Assembly: GCA_950097015.1 (NCBI GenBank)
Contig: CATNEN010000030.1
Location: forward strand, 3,720,001 to 3,784,000
Length of the DNA: 64,000 nt
Source of the DNA: Macrostomum hystrix
Lineage: Eukaryota > Animalia > Platyhelminthes
Direction: 5' to 3'
The notes under the pieces were generated by a model that did no database searches, had not been told where the DNA came from, and worked only from the letters and a program-made list of their open reading frames with translations. Both the position numbers and the translations under genes were made by a program. Position 1 is the stretch's first letter. Each line of letters starts with the position of its first letter. Shown here one piece after another: positions 50,501-60,699 of this stretch.

Positions 50501-53500
50501 TGTGGCCTAACTGGGTTCGGTGGTCATTCCTTTCTCCATGATGGTGGAGCGGAGCGTGGAGAGGGTAGAGCAGAGGGTGGAGAGGGTAGAGCAGAGGGTG
50601 GAGAGGGTAGAGCGGAGGGTAGAGCGGAGGGTGGAGAGGGTAAAGCGGAGGGTGGAGAGGGTAGAGCGGAGGGTGGAGAGGGTAGAGCGGAGGGTGGAGA
50701 GGGTAGAGCAGAGGGTGGAGAGGGTAAAGCGGAGGGTGGAGAGGGTAGAGCAGAGGGTGGAGAGGGTAGAGCGGAGCGTGGAGAGGGTAGAGCAGAGGGT
50801 GGAGAGGGTGGAGCAGAGGGTGGAGAGGGTAGAGCAGAGGGTGGAGAGGGTAGAGCGGAGCGTGGAGAGGGTAAAGCGGAGGGTGGAGAGGGTAGAGCGG
50901 AGGGTGGAGAGGGTGGAGCGGAGGGTTAACATGGTAGAGCGGAGGAGTAGAGTGGCCTTGTGGTTTGAGCGGAGGACTCACGACTTGAAGGTTGGGGGTT
51001 CGATTCCCGACTCCACTGGAACAATTTGTGTCCTTTAGCAAGACACTCAAGTCTGTATTGCTTCAGGTCACCCGGCTGCTAAACGGGCACCAGCATCAGC
51101 TGGGGTAATTGAGGGTGGGTGTGGCGTCCCCCAGTCCATGGACTGAACAGCCGTACGCAGCCATCTATACGCAGTTATTATTAGAAGGCTTATAATTATT
51201 CGAAGGATAATAATTATATTATTATAATCTTCTAGCTCAGACCCGCAATCCTCTATTAACATTATGCGGCCTTGTGACTAGAATTGCGATAAGCATCTGG
51301 TAGTATTTTGCTGTATTTTCAGTCGGGGAGTGCGAGCGAACTGCAGAATCCAAGAAGCCTGGGAAAGTCTGGCCTGACTGGTTATAGGTTGCCTTTATTC
51401 TCAATCCGCGCGAATCGTCAATCATTGGCTGGGCCAATAGAGGACGTTCACACGTTCCTGGAGGCCGCGCCCATAAATAGTCTTAGCTGGTCTGTGCACT
51501 TTTCAATCAGTTTCCGCCGCAGGTTTTTTAGGTTATAACTCATTTTTTCTATTTTTTAGTAGTATCCAATATCATGTATAATAACAGTAGGACTACAAAG
51601 CCATTTTACCGCCCGCTTTTATACCAAGTGAGGTGAATTTTTTGGCAGCGCCTGAATGCTGACAGCATTGGGTGGTGACTGATTGGTTGACAGACTAGGC
51701 GATGGTGTCCTGTGGTTGAGCTGCGTCTAATACTTAGACTTTATCAGTGAAATTGGAGAAATTCGCGTCAGGGTGTCCATAGTGGCCTATTTCCACCTAT
51801 TGTAGCCCTTGAAGGTCCGGCAGTCCGTCTAGATAATGTAGGTGACCACCGAAGACAGAGATGATGCAGGCACACTCGGGTGACATGCTGATAAATTTCG
51901 AAGGTCTGGCAAGGCCGCACTGAGGCGCAGTGCTAATTTGTGTATAAAGTACACTAGCACTTATAGGAAAAATCAGACCTTCGACCAGAACCATTGAATA
52001 TCTCGACGGTCTGAAGAGCTGGCGACTTGATTATTGTTTCAGAAGATGCGCAACAAAAAGTTGGTTTGAGTTTGTTCTTGAGTTTCGTGTGCTTGCGTTG
52101 CTCCGTTCGGTGCAGCACAAAAATTGTCTGTGGGCGAGAAAAAAACCCCTTATGGTTCACCTGTTAAACATCTTGCAGCCATTTCACTAAATAATCTGAT
52201 CTTTCCCTCCCCAATTCCCAGAGCTCCTGTGTTTCTTCCCTTGAACACAAATCTCGTATTTTTGTACTTCTTTACTAGACAACGCGGAGGCCACAGAACC
52301 GACAGCTCAACCGATGGCTGCATCTAGCGGCGGTGGCGGCGATGGCAGCCGCAGCGTCCCTATGAATGTGGTCAGAATGGAAGGGGCCTACGAGGATTCC
52401 GACATCATGGCGCAGATGGACGTGCAGGTGGTTCCCCAGCCCTACCAGAACGGAGCGGGACACGACGGCTTCGGTGGACACTTTAGTGCGATGCGACTTG
52501 AATCAGATGCTTGATTAGGGGGAAGTGGGTGGAGCAGAGGGGAAGTGGGTAGAGCGGAGGGGGGAAGTGGGTGGAGCAGAGGGGAAGTGGGTAGAGCGGA
52601 GAGGGGAGGTAGGTAGAGCAGAGGGGGAAGTGGGTAGAGCAGAGGGGTAAGTGGGTAGAGCGGAGAGGGGAGGTAGGTAGAGCAGAGGGGGAAGTGGGTA
52701 GAGCAGAGTGGTAAGTGGGTAGAGCGGAGGGGGAAGCTGGTAGAGAGGAGGAGGAAGTGGGTAGAGTGGAAGGTGGCGAGAGTAAACCTGAGTGGAAGAA
52801 GGTTGAGCGGAAAGGTCGTGAATTCACGTGATTTTCATAAGAATAACGAAATTAATTTTGATTGCAGTGAACCAGTCTGAATTCTACCTGGGCTACAGCA
52901 CTCCTCGGCTCGGAGCAGCCCAAATTCCGACCAGCTCCCCCTACGATGCTGCTATGGACTCTTTGGGTGAGATTTGTGTTCGATGTGGGATTTGGGAATG
53001 TGGGAATCAGCAATCGAACTTGGGACCTTTCGGTCAGTAGTTCGATGATCTAATCACTGGGCTGCAATCTCCGTTGTAATACAAATACAAGCCTGTATAC
53101 ACCTGCCCCAATTGGGCCAGATGTGCAGCCGACAGCACAGTCCCAGCTATTGCGCGGCGCATGTGAAGGCTGCGTACGGCTGTTCAGTCCATGGACTGGG
53201 GGACGCCACACCCACCTTCAATTACCCCAGCTGATGCTGGTACCCGTTTAACAGCTGGGTGAACTGAAGCAATGCAGAGTTAAGTGTCTTCCTAAAGGAC
53301 ACAAATTTTTCTAGTGTAGTCGGGAATCGAACCCCCGACCTTCAAGTCGTGAGTCCGATGCTCTAACCACTAGGCTACCACGCCTCTGTAGAATGTAGTT
53401 CTAGTACTACATTCTTACAATATTTAACACTCTACTAACAGTAGAAATAAAGGATTTTCTAGTGTCTCGCTAATTTCGACACCCGTAGGCTGTTCCGTGT

Positions 53501-53634
53501 CGGCCCTGCCGGTGTCATCCTCGGCGGCTGCGGCAGCGGCCGCCGCGGCAGCCGCAGCCGCTGCTCAGTCAACAATGGACAACGGATTTTGCTGCTTCCC
53601 CGGATTGTCTACGGGGTACAAGCAGGAGTCCTGA
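47542..53634 (+). CDS. HNF4: Nuclear receptor HNF4 (NR2A), exons 47542-47584, 47736-48110, 49174-49905, 50167-50409, 52279-52485, 52868-52966, 53489-53634, ~614 aa
   Basis: C4 DNA-binding domain [62 protein letters not shown]|AVQNERD; ligand-binding domain with [27 protein letters not shown]|D and [14 protein letters not shown]; AF-2 LLQELLLGG; terminal KQES. Summed exon length is 1845 nt, divisible by 3. Confidence 0.95.
48530..48785 (-). mobile_element. SINE family B copy (tRNA head plus CORE-like domain)
   Basis: Reverse complement has an A box (TAGCCTTGTGG), a B box (GGTTCGATTCC), then TTATGTCCCTTAACAAGACACTTAACTCTGTGCATTGCTTCAGCTCACCCAGCTGTAAATGAGTAC. Confidence 0.8.
48840..49075 (-). 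mobile_element. Diverged SINE B-related copy with tRNA-like head
   Basis: Reverse complement has TAGCCCAGTGG...GAGTTCGAATC and shares the 3' CAGTCC(A/G)TGGAC region. Confidence 0.55.
50545..50943. repeat. 21-bp G-rich minisatellite (~19 units) in HNF4 intron 4, abutting a SINE head
   Basis: GTGGAGAGGGTAGAGCGGAGG tandem units. Confidence 0.93.
50944..51170 (+). mobile_element. SINE family B copy
   Basis: GTGGCCTTGTGG...CTCACGACTTGAAGGTTGGGGGTTCGATTCCCGAC head; body nearly identical to the reverse complement of 53170-53385. Confidence 0.82.
51600..52140 (+). mobile_element. Repeat family C copy in HNF4 intron 4
   Basis: Colinear with 14760-15310. Confidence 0.8.
52515..52770. repeat. G-rich ~21-24 bp minisatellite in HNF4 intron 5
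   Basis: GGGGGAAGTGGGTAGAGCAGA-type units. Confidence 0.9.
53090..53385 (-). mobile_element. SINE family B, most complete copy
   Basis: Reverse complement: GGCGTGGTAGCCTAGTGGTTAGAGCATCGGACTCACGACTTGAAGGTCGGGGGTTCGATTCCC (tRNA-like, CAC in the anticodon position), CORE-like centre, TTGTAT-type tail. Confidence 0.85.
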
Positions 53635-54704
53635 GCTCTCAGCTAGCGGTGCTGTGCGGAGATCTCGCTGAAGGCCTACAGCGCATGTTTTATTTGCTTG
53701 CAATTTCAACATGATTAATTGATTTGCTTGACTGCTTTAACACCTGTTTAGAGTTCGTCCTTAGCTTCTTTATAGATTTTTTATCATAGTGTCCCAATAT
53801 ATTTGTTTTAAACAATTTGTTAATTTTTTATTTGCGTCTTCTGTCTTCGGATTTGAGGTTTGCTGGTAGAACCCCACCTAGCTACTTAAACTAGATTAGG
53901 CTGTTGTTGACAATCAACGTTATAATAATAGAATTTTCAGTTTTTCCCCGGTTCAGTAAAACACAGCTCTCTACTTTCTTGGCCTAATAAACTCCTGGTA
54001 AATAGGGTTAGGCCATAGACAACAATGTCTATAGATTTTCTAGTGGATTCTGTAAAGTCAGCCTAAAAAATGACGAATCATTTTTGGTTGGCGGAGAACG
54101 GCAACGTAGATGCTATTTTTAGACATTATTTCGGGGAATCCAACTGTCAGCCTTGGCGCAGTCACGTGACTGATCCTCATTACAAGTGAAATCTTGAGAC
54201 AATCCTCTACTTTGTCCATATTATAAAGCCTTTGTGCAAATATCGAGCAATATTCAGCAGGCAATCCTTGCTTTTTAATCATTTGCAATGAATTCTTCGC
54301 AACAATATTTCGTATGCACTTCCAAGTTTCATGAAAGCTTTACAAACCATCAACTAGAAGTATTTGCACTTCATTCTAATTTTCCACGTAGATGAGTCTG
54401 CTTTAATTCTGAAATGTGTACAATAGTTTAGCTCCTATGTACCTGTGCGTGTGTTTTTCTATCACAAGCATAAAAGCAACTTGCCTGAAGCCAACAATGC
54501 GGATTTTAAGCGCCAAAAATTAAAAGACGTTTGAAAAAGAACTGGTCGATCTGATTTTTTCTTCTGCCAGTGAGCGCTTGCGATTTCCCGTATGAATTAA
54601 GATGATGTTTCAAATGTGTAAATTGCTTGATTCTGATTGCATTACTATTGCACTGACCGCTAAGTAGATTTACCACTGCTGCACTTCCCGTTTTCCTATG
54701 TCTC

Positions 54705-55545
54705 AAGCCTCTCTGTATCTCTTCTCATATCTACCTGTATCTCTTCTCATATCTACCTGTTTCAATTCTCATATCTACCCGTATCTCTTCTCATATCTAC
54801 CTGTTTCAATTCTCATATCTATCTGTATCTCTTCTCATATCTACCCGTATCTCTTCTCATATCTACCTGTATCTCTTCTCATATCTACCTGTATCTCTTC
54901 TCATATCTACCTGTATCTCTTCTCATATCTATCTGTATCTCTTCTCATATCTACCCGTATCTCTTCTCATATCTACCTGTATCTCTTCTCATATCTACCT
55001 GTTTCAATTCTCATATCTACCTGTATCTCTTCTCATATCTACCTGTATCTCTTCTCATATCTACCTGTTTCAATTCTCATATCTACCTGTATCTCTTCTC
55101 ATATCTATCTGTATCTCTTCTCATATCTACCCGTATCTCTTCTCATATCTACCTGTATCTCTTCTCATATCTACCTGTTTCAATTCTCATATCTACCTGT
55201 ATCTCTTCTCATATCTACCTGTATCTCTTCTCATATCTACCTGTATCTCTTCTCATATCTACCTGTTTCAATTCTCATATCTACCTGTATCTCTTCTCAT
55301 ATCTACCCGTATCTCTTCTCATATATACCTGTATCTCTTCTCATATCTACCTGTTTCAATTCTCATATCTACCCGTATCTCTTCTCATATCTACCTGTTT
55401 CTCTTCTCATATCTTCCTGTATCTCTTCTCATATCTACCTGTATCTCTTCTCATATCTATCTGTATCTCTTCTCATATCTACCTGTATCTCTTCTCATAT
55501 CTACCTGCATCTCTTCTCATATCTACCTGTTTCAATTCTCAAGTC
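54705..55545. repeat. 22-bp pyrimidine-rich minisatellite (~38 units)
   Basis: TCTCTTCTCATATCTACCTGTA tandem units with a TTCAATTCTC variant. Confidence 0.96.
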
Positions 55546-55884
55546 TACATGTCTTTATTTTGTCTACTGTTACTCGCCTTCTAAAGCTCTTTGATGGTCA
55601 AAAAACACTACTAAATGTAGCAAATGCCAAAGTAGTACATTGCTCTCCTTTCATCGAATTCTATCGATCGTAAATAAAAAGGTAAAAAAAGCTCTAAAAT
55701 AAAGAAAAATTCTCAAATCAATTTTAAGCCTTCCGCTGCTTGGAGCTGCGACTGACGATGGCCGCATATGCTCACTTCAGAGATGAGCACTCTGATTTTT
55801 CAGAAGCTTTCACTGTCAGATAATGTCTGCATTCTATGAAATTAAGTGCTAAAACTAATTAAAGCGAGAGTGGTAAATGCAGAG

Positions 55885-56150
55885 TGACAAACCAGAGAGT
55901 GAAACAAAGAGTGAGATATTAGAGAGTGATACAAAGAGTGAGATATTAGAGAGTGATACAAAGAGTGAGATATCAGAGAGTGATACAAAGAGTGAAATAT
56001 CATAGAGTGAAACAAAATGTGAAATATCATAGAGCGAAACAAAAAGTGAAATATTGAGAGTATTACAAAGAGTGAAATATTAGAGAGTAATACAAAGAGT
56101 GAAATATTAGAGAGTGATACAAAGAGTGAAATATCAGAGTGAAACATATC
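55885..56150. repeat. ~27-bp degenerate minisatellite
   Basis: GAGTGATACAAAGAGTGAAATATTAGA-type units. Confidence 0.85.
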
Positions 56151-56444
56151 AGAGTATGCATTTTAGCAACGTATTCGAAAAAATGTTGTTACTCATTTTT
56201 CATTAGCTGTCTCATTTAATAGCGACATACGTGTGTAGCCAATAGGAAAGGAAGGCAGAATCCAAAAGTTGTGCATTTATAACAAAGCCAATATAAAAAT
56301 CATCCTAATCTGGCCTTTTCCAATTGGCCACGACCCACCCAACTCCACGCGACTAGCTCATTCGCCCTTTAGCCAATCAAAAGCCTGGCCACTCACGGAA
56401 GCTCAGTTTAAAGTATCATTAGGGGGGCTCAAAGCCAGGGTACT

Positions 56445-56700
56445 GGCGAGGCCACATTTATTTGGAGCGCAGCCGCGGAGAGAAGGCATGGGGGCTTGTC
56501 GTGCAATTTACGTCCTTGAGGGCCAACCTTCAAGGCACAGTAAAAGTGTACACTGCCTGACGATGAGAAAGTCAGAGCAGATGTACACACCTGTGCGATT
56601 GTGCACCTGCGTACAGTATCTTGGGGCATGTGTGCTCAGGAGTCAGCGAAATGGGCAGAATCCTCGCTGGCTGCAGGTCCCAAATGATGTGCCATTGCCT
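56445..56700 (+). mobile_element. SINE family A copy, headless
   Basis: GGCGAGGCCACATTTATTTGGAGCGCAGCCGCGGAGAGAAGGC...CCAAATGATGTGCCATTGCC matches family A. Confidence 0.82.
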
Positions 56701-57893
56701 TGGGAAAATTTTGGACATTTTTAAATAATTGAAATTCGTTGTTACACCAATGATTTTAATGCCTGTTTAAAGGCTTGACATTGTCCGAAAAAAACATGGA
56801 AATTTTGTGCACTATAAGTTCTTAGATGCTTCAGTCAGCAGTGAAATAATCCTCAAATCCTCAGGTTTCTGAGTTCACCAGCTGCTTTATTAAGGTTCTA
56901 AAATCGTCTCTTAATAATTCAAAAAAGTCTGATGAATTTGCTTTAATTTCATTCTTGCTAGTAGATAAGTCAAGCACAGAAGCATTCTTCCATACGGGTA
57001 CCAAAACCATTTGAATATCTTTAAAGCTTGCTTTTAAGGAGCAGTGTCGGCTCAAACAGAAAATCACTGCCAAAGATAGATAGAAGATCATGCTCCTCTA
57101 CGAGCTTATTAATTTCACAGACTGAAGGCACACAAAGTGAATAAAATAATGCACTTATTGTTTTGACAAAATATTGTATCTGTTGAGATTTTGCAGTGCC
57201 GCGAATCTAAAACAAAAACGATGCAACGAGACAAAATTGAGCCAGAAATTATTTTTGCTTTCACACTCAGGACTAAAATATGGAGTAGCTTAGTAAAGTC
57301 TCTTGTAGCAGTTCAATATTTGGCATGGTATGTTGTTAGACTCTATGTCATAATCTAGCTAGAATATTCTGATTAGCCCACATTCTCCAGCCCCCACCTG
57401 CTTTCTGATTGGTTGGAAACCCACCCTACCTCTCTTTACGCCTTAGCATTCTCTTACCCCTGCCTCGTTCTTAACCACATCCCTCCTTGTGTTGTTTTGT
57501 CAATACAACTAGACTTTAACCCACCCCTCTTATCTAATCGCACCGCCCACCCCCATATCAGAAAAATAAATGTACATTCAACAGCTTTTAACACGCTTTC
57601 TATTTTTTCTTGCTCTAATTTAAGCCCGAATCGAGGCCACTGGCATTTGCAATAGTCACTGAGCCATGTAGCTAGTTGCAATGCAGCAGCAATAAAATTA
57701 TAGGAAACCCACGCGGAAAACAAGCAGTTCAAAAGCAAATTAAATTTTTGTAGAAGAGAAAGCCAAGTATCTGAAGTTTTCTGGTCTGTACATGCGCTTA
57801 AAAGTGAATATTATCATTCATTAGGCAGGTGCGAAACAAACTTGCTGCGCCGATTGGGAGCGAGCTGTGCATGGAGACTGGCAGCTCAGCTCC

Positions 57894-60347
57894 TCAGGCT
57901 GCGGGCTCTGAAAATAAAATTGACATTTTGGATTTTGGATTTTGATTGTCGGACAAAAAATTCATTCATTCGCCCAGTTCCATCCGCCCAATTCCATTCA
58001 CAATATTCCATCTACCCCAATTCCACCCACCCCAATTCCACCCACCCCAATTCCACCCACCCCAATTCCACCCACCCCAATTCCACCCACCCCAATTCCA
58101 ACCACCCCAATTCCACCCACCCCAATTCCACCCACCCCAATTCCAACCACCCCAATACCAACCACCCCAATTCCAACCACCCCAATTCCAACCACCCCAA
58201 TACCAACCACCCCAATTCCAACCACCCCAATACCAACCACCCGGATTCCACCCAGAAGCACTCACGCTCCTCTGGCGCCGGAGTGGCGGCGTCATTGTCG
58301 GCCGGGGCCGGTGAAGCGGCCGGCGGGGCCTCCGGTTCCTTCTCGCCGGCGTCCGGCGATGCCGACGCCTCAGCTGGCTCGGCAGGCGGTGCCGCCGCAG
58401 CGGCCGCCTCATCGGGCTTGCCGGCATCAGTGGCGCCCTCAGTCGGCTGAGGCGTCGAGCTGCTAGCGGCCGCAGCGCCTGGAAACAATGGAAAAGCAGA
58501 GAATAATTAAGAATTCAAGCTTCTGACATAGTGCGCATTCAACTACTTACCGTGTTCAGCGTTCGCCGCAGCTTCTGGCTTCTGCTCCGACGCGGCCGCC
58601 GTTTGCTGTTGCTGGCCGTTGGCAGCGCTCGCAGCGCCGCCCTTCGAGTTGCCGGCAGCCGCCGGTTGACCGCCTGCCGGCTTGTTGCCGTTAACCGCTT
58701 GGGGTTGGTCGATGCGGGTTTGGGATTTGCGCTGGTGCAATTCGATCCACAGCTCCCCCTTATTGACGTCTAATATCAGTAAGGCATCTGACAGCCACCT
58801 TTTCAGTCATCGAGACTCTCTATCACCCACCTTCACTATCATCCGCCCTCTCTACCATCCACCCTCTCTGTCATCCGCCCTCTCTACAATCCACCCTCTC
58901 TACCATCCGCCCCTCTCTACCATCCGCCCTCTCTGTCATCCGCCCTCTCTACAATCTTCTCTCTCTACCATCCGCCCCTCTCTACCATCCGCCCTATTTT
59001 TTATCCGCCCTGTCATCCTCCCTCTTCGTTATCATCTGTATTTTGTCACCCTCTATCTGATTGTCGGGCCTGTCTTTCCTGTCTGCAATTTCTGCCTCAG
59101 GTTATGGAGTCAGTTTGAGTTGCACTTATCTTCTCATCCTACTCATCTTATTCACCAGTTGACTCTGCCCTGTCCATTATTGATTGACCACAATTTCCAA
59201 CAGAAATTTTCGACTGCTTTTGCTTGACCACCAGCAGATTCTAAGTGGCTCGCCGCCTCCGCAGTTTTTGCTTGCGTTAGAGTCTAGGCAGTTATCTCAA
59301 CAGGGATCCTCATTTCAGTCTATTGTCCGATATCCCCAACGCTGCCCACCTCATCTTGAGCGCTCACACACGTTAGTATACGCGTTCATTATTCACAATA
59401 ATTAGAAAACACAAACTAAAGCGCCCGCAAGCGTCGCTATGGCAACAATTCAGCGCTTCTAGAGCGGCGTTGGCGGCGGCGAGGGGAAGACTTGTAGGAT
59501 AGAAAAAGCTTTTTTTGTTTTAGCCATAGCCACGAGACGAGCTTAGGTGATGGGGCTGGTGGACCAGTAAAACAATTTCTGCCCGCTGAGCTTCCCAATA
59601 CCTGGCTTGGCAGTGCTGGAAAACAACTGTAAAAGAGAAAAAGCTAACAATACAACCATGGCTGTTGGGATTTGAGGGTAAATAGATTCAGGGGCTCGTG
59701 CCTCAGCTCTAGCCCCTATGCTTGGGAGCCTTTCATTCCCATTCTCAATTTCCCACGCCAGTCTCTCTATGCTCTTCCCCATCCTAACCCCCGCGGTTGC
59801 CGGGCCAACTCAAAGCCTGAGAAGCAGCAACCTCACCTCCCCGCTATTCTCAGGCTCGCTATTATTTTTCTAGTATAGTTTGACTAGTATGGGCGCGTTG
59901 TCATGACAACCGACAAAGAGATTCGCCCACTTTTTATATTTCGACCTGAGCAAACGAACTAGTGCTGCTTGAGCGAGTGGCTTCCCGTTTGGTTTGGGTG
60001 CTCGATGCCAAAAATAGAAGCCAACGAAGATGAGATGTTGGGAGAGTCGGAGAGGAAATCCTGATCGTTATCCGGATTCTGGTCCAGCAGGTTGTTCAGC
60101 GTTATCAGTAGGCTTTGTGCGATAACAACAACTTAATTGCAGAGCAATATGTGAGAAGGTTAAGCTAGTAAGGGATTGTTGACTCGTGAGCAGACTTCAC
60201 TACGTCAGAGAGTCTTTCTTGATTATTATAAATTATAATTGTAATACAGATTACTCTGTTCCAAGCAATCGCTGAAAAGACAAATCATAAAATTCGGCAC
60301 AAAATTTTCTCACCTGTCGTTTGTCCTTTGCTGCTGTTGCAACCCAT
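57894..60347 (-). CDS. Orphan 159-aa acidic, Ala/Pro-rich disordered protein with an N-terminal MGCNSSK acylation motif; exons 60347-60314, 58769-58551, 58478-58266, 57907-57894
   Basis: Three consensus donors (CAG|GTGAGA, ACG|GTAAGT, AGC|GTGAGT), all phase 1, with matching acceptors; total 480 nt, ending EEQPAA-stop. The exon 2 acceptor is the least certain. Confidence 0.7.
58010..58250. repeat. 15-bp minisatellite (~16 units), G-rich on the minus strand
   Basis: CCCAATTCCACCCAC tandem units. Confidence 0.93.
58835..59010. repeat. ~16-bp degenerate C-rich minisatellite
   Basis: CCCTCTCTACCATCCG-type units. Confidence 0.8.
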
Positions 60348-60699
60348 GCTCTATTGTTTTTTTAATTGTAAAAGGTAAGAAAACTGAATTCAAGCACTAA
60401 AGTAGACTACTAAAGAGAGAATCTAAGCTTGACCTAGAAACCCTGACTAACGCTCAACGGCTACTACTGCTGCGCGGAATCGATTAGTTCTACAGAGACA
60501 ATCGCCTGTGACAGACTGGTGGCTGGAGTTGTGAGGCCAGTGTTAGCCAGCTAAATAATTTGCTCCGCGCAGCTGAAGAGTGTCAGGAAAGCGGAGAGCG
60601 GGCGGAGGGTCGGTCTTTATTTGCTTCCTAAGCCAGTGGGCCGGATTATGCGCCAGAGCGAGCGTGTGTTTCGGATACGCTGCTGGTTGCCATGGTAAC
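59433..60699. promoter_or_regulatory. Three RFX X-box motifs (59433-59446, 59897-59910, 60686-60699)
   Basis: GTCGCTATGGCAAC, GTTGTCATGACAAC and GTTGCCATGGTAAC all fit the 14-bp X-box consensus GTHNYY-AT-RRNAAC. Confidence 0.6.

Noticed and set aside
48990-53385. tRNA-like sequences with A and B boxes (also 63597-63670)
   Set aside because: Acceptor and anticodon stems are imperfect and they continue into shared repeat bodies, so they are SINE heads, not tRNA genes.
56235-56400. Cluster of CCAAT boxes
   Set aside because: Short motif with no adjacent gene start; cannot be distinguished from chance.
20993-58488. Long repetitive ORFs in the track (e.g. 20993-21274, 22730-23164, 25561-26164, 38180-38860, 50469-51050, 54698-55594, 57942-58488)
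   Set aside because: They are stop-free readings of minisatellites, often open in several frames, and lie in introns or intergenic DNA.
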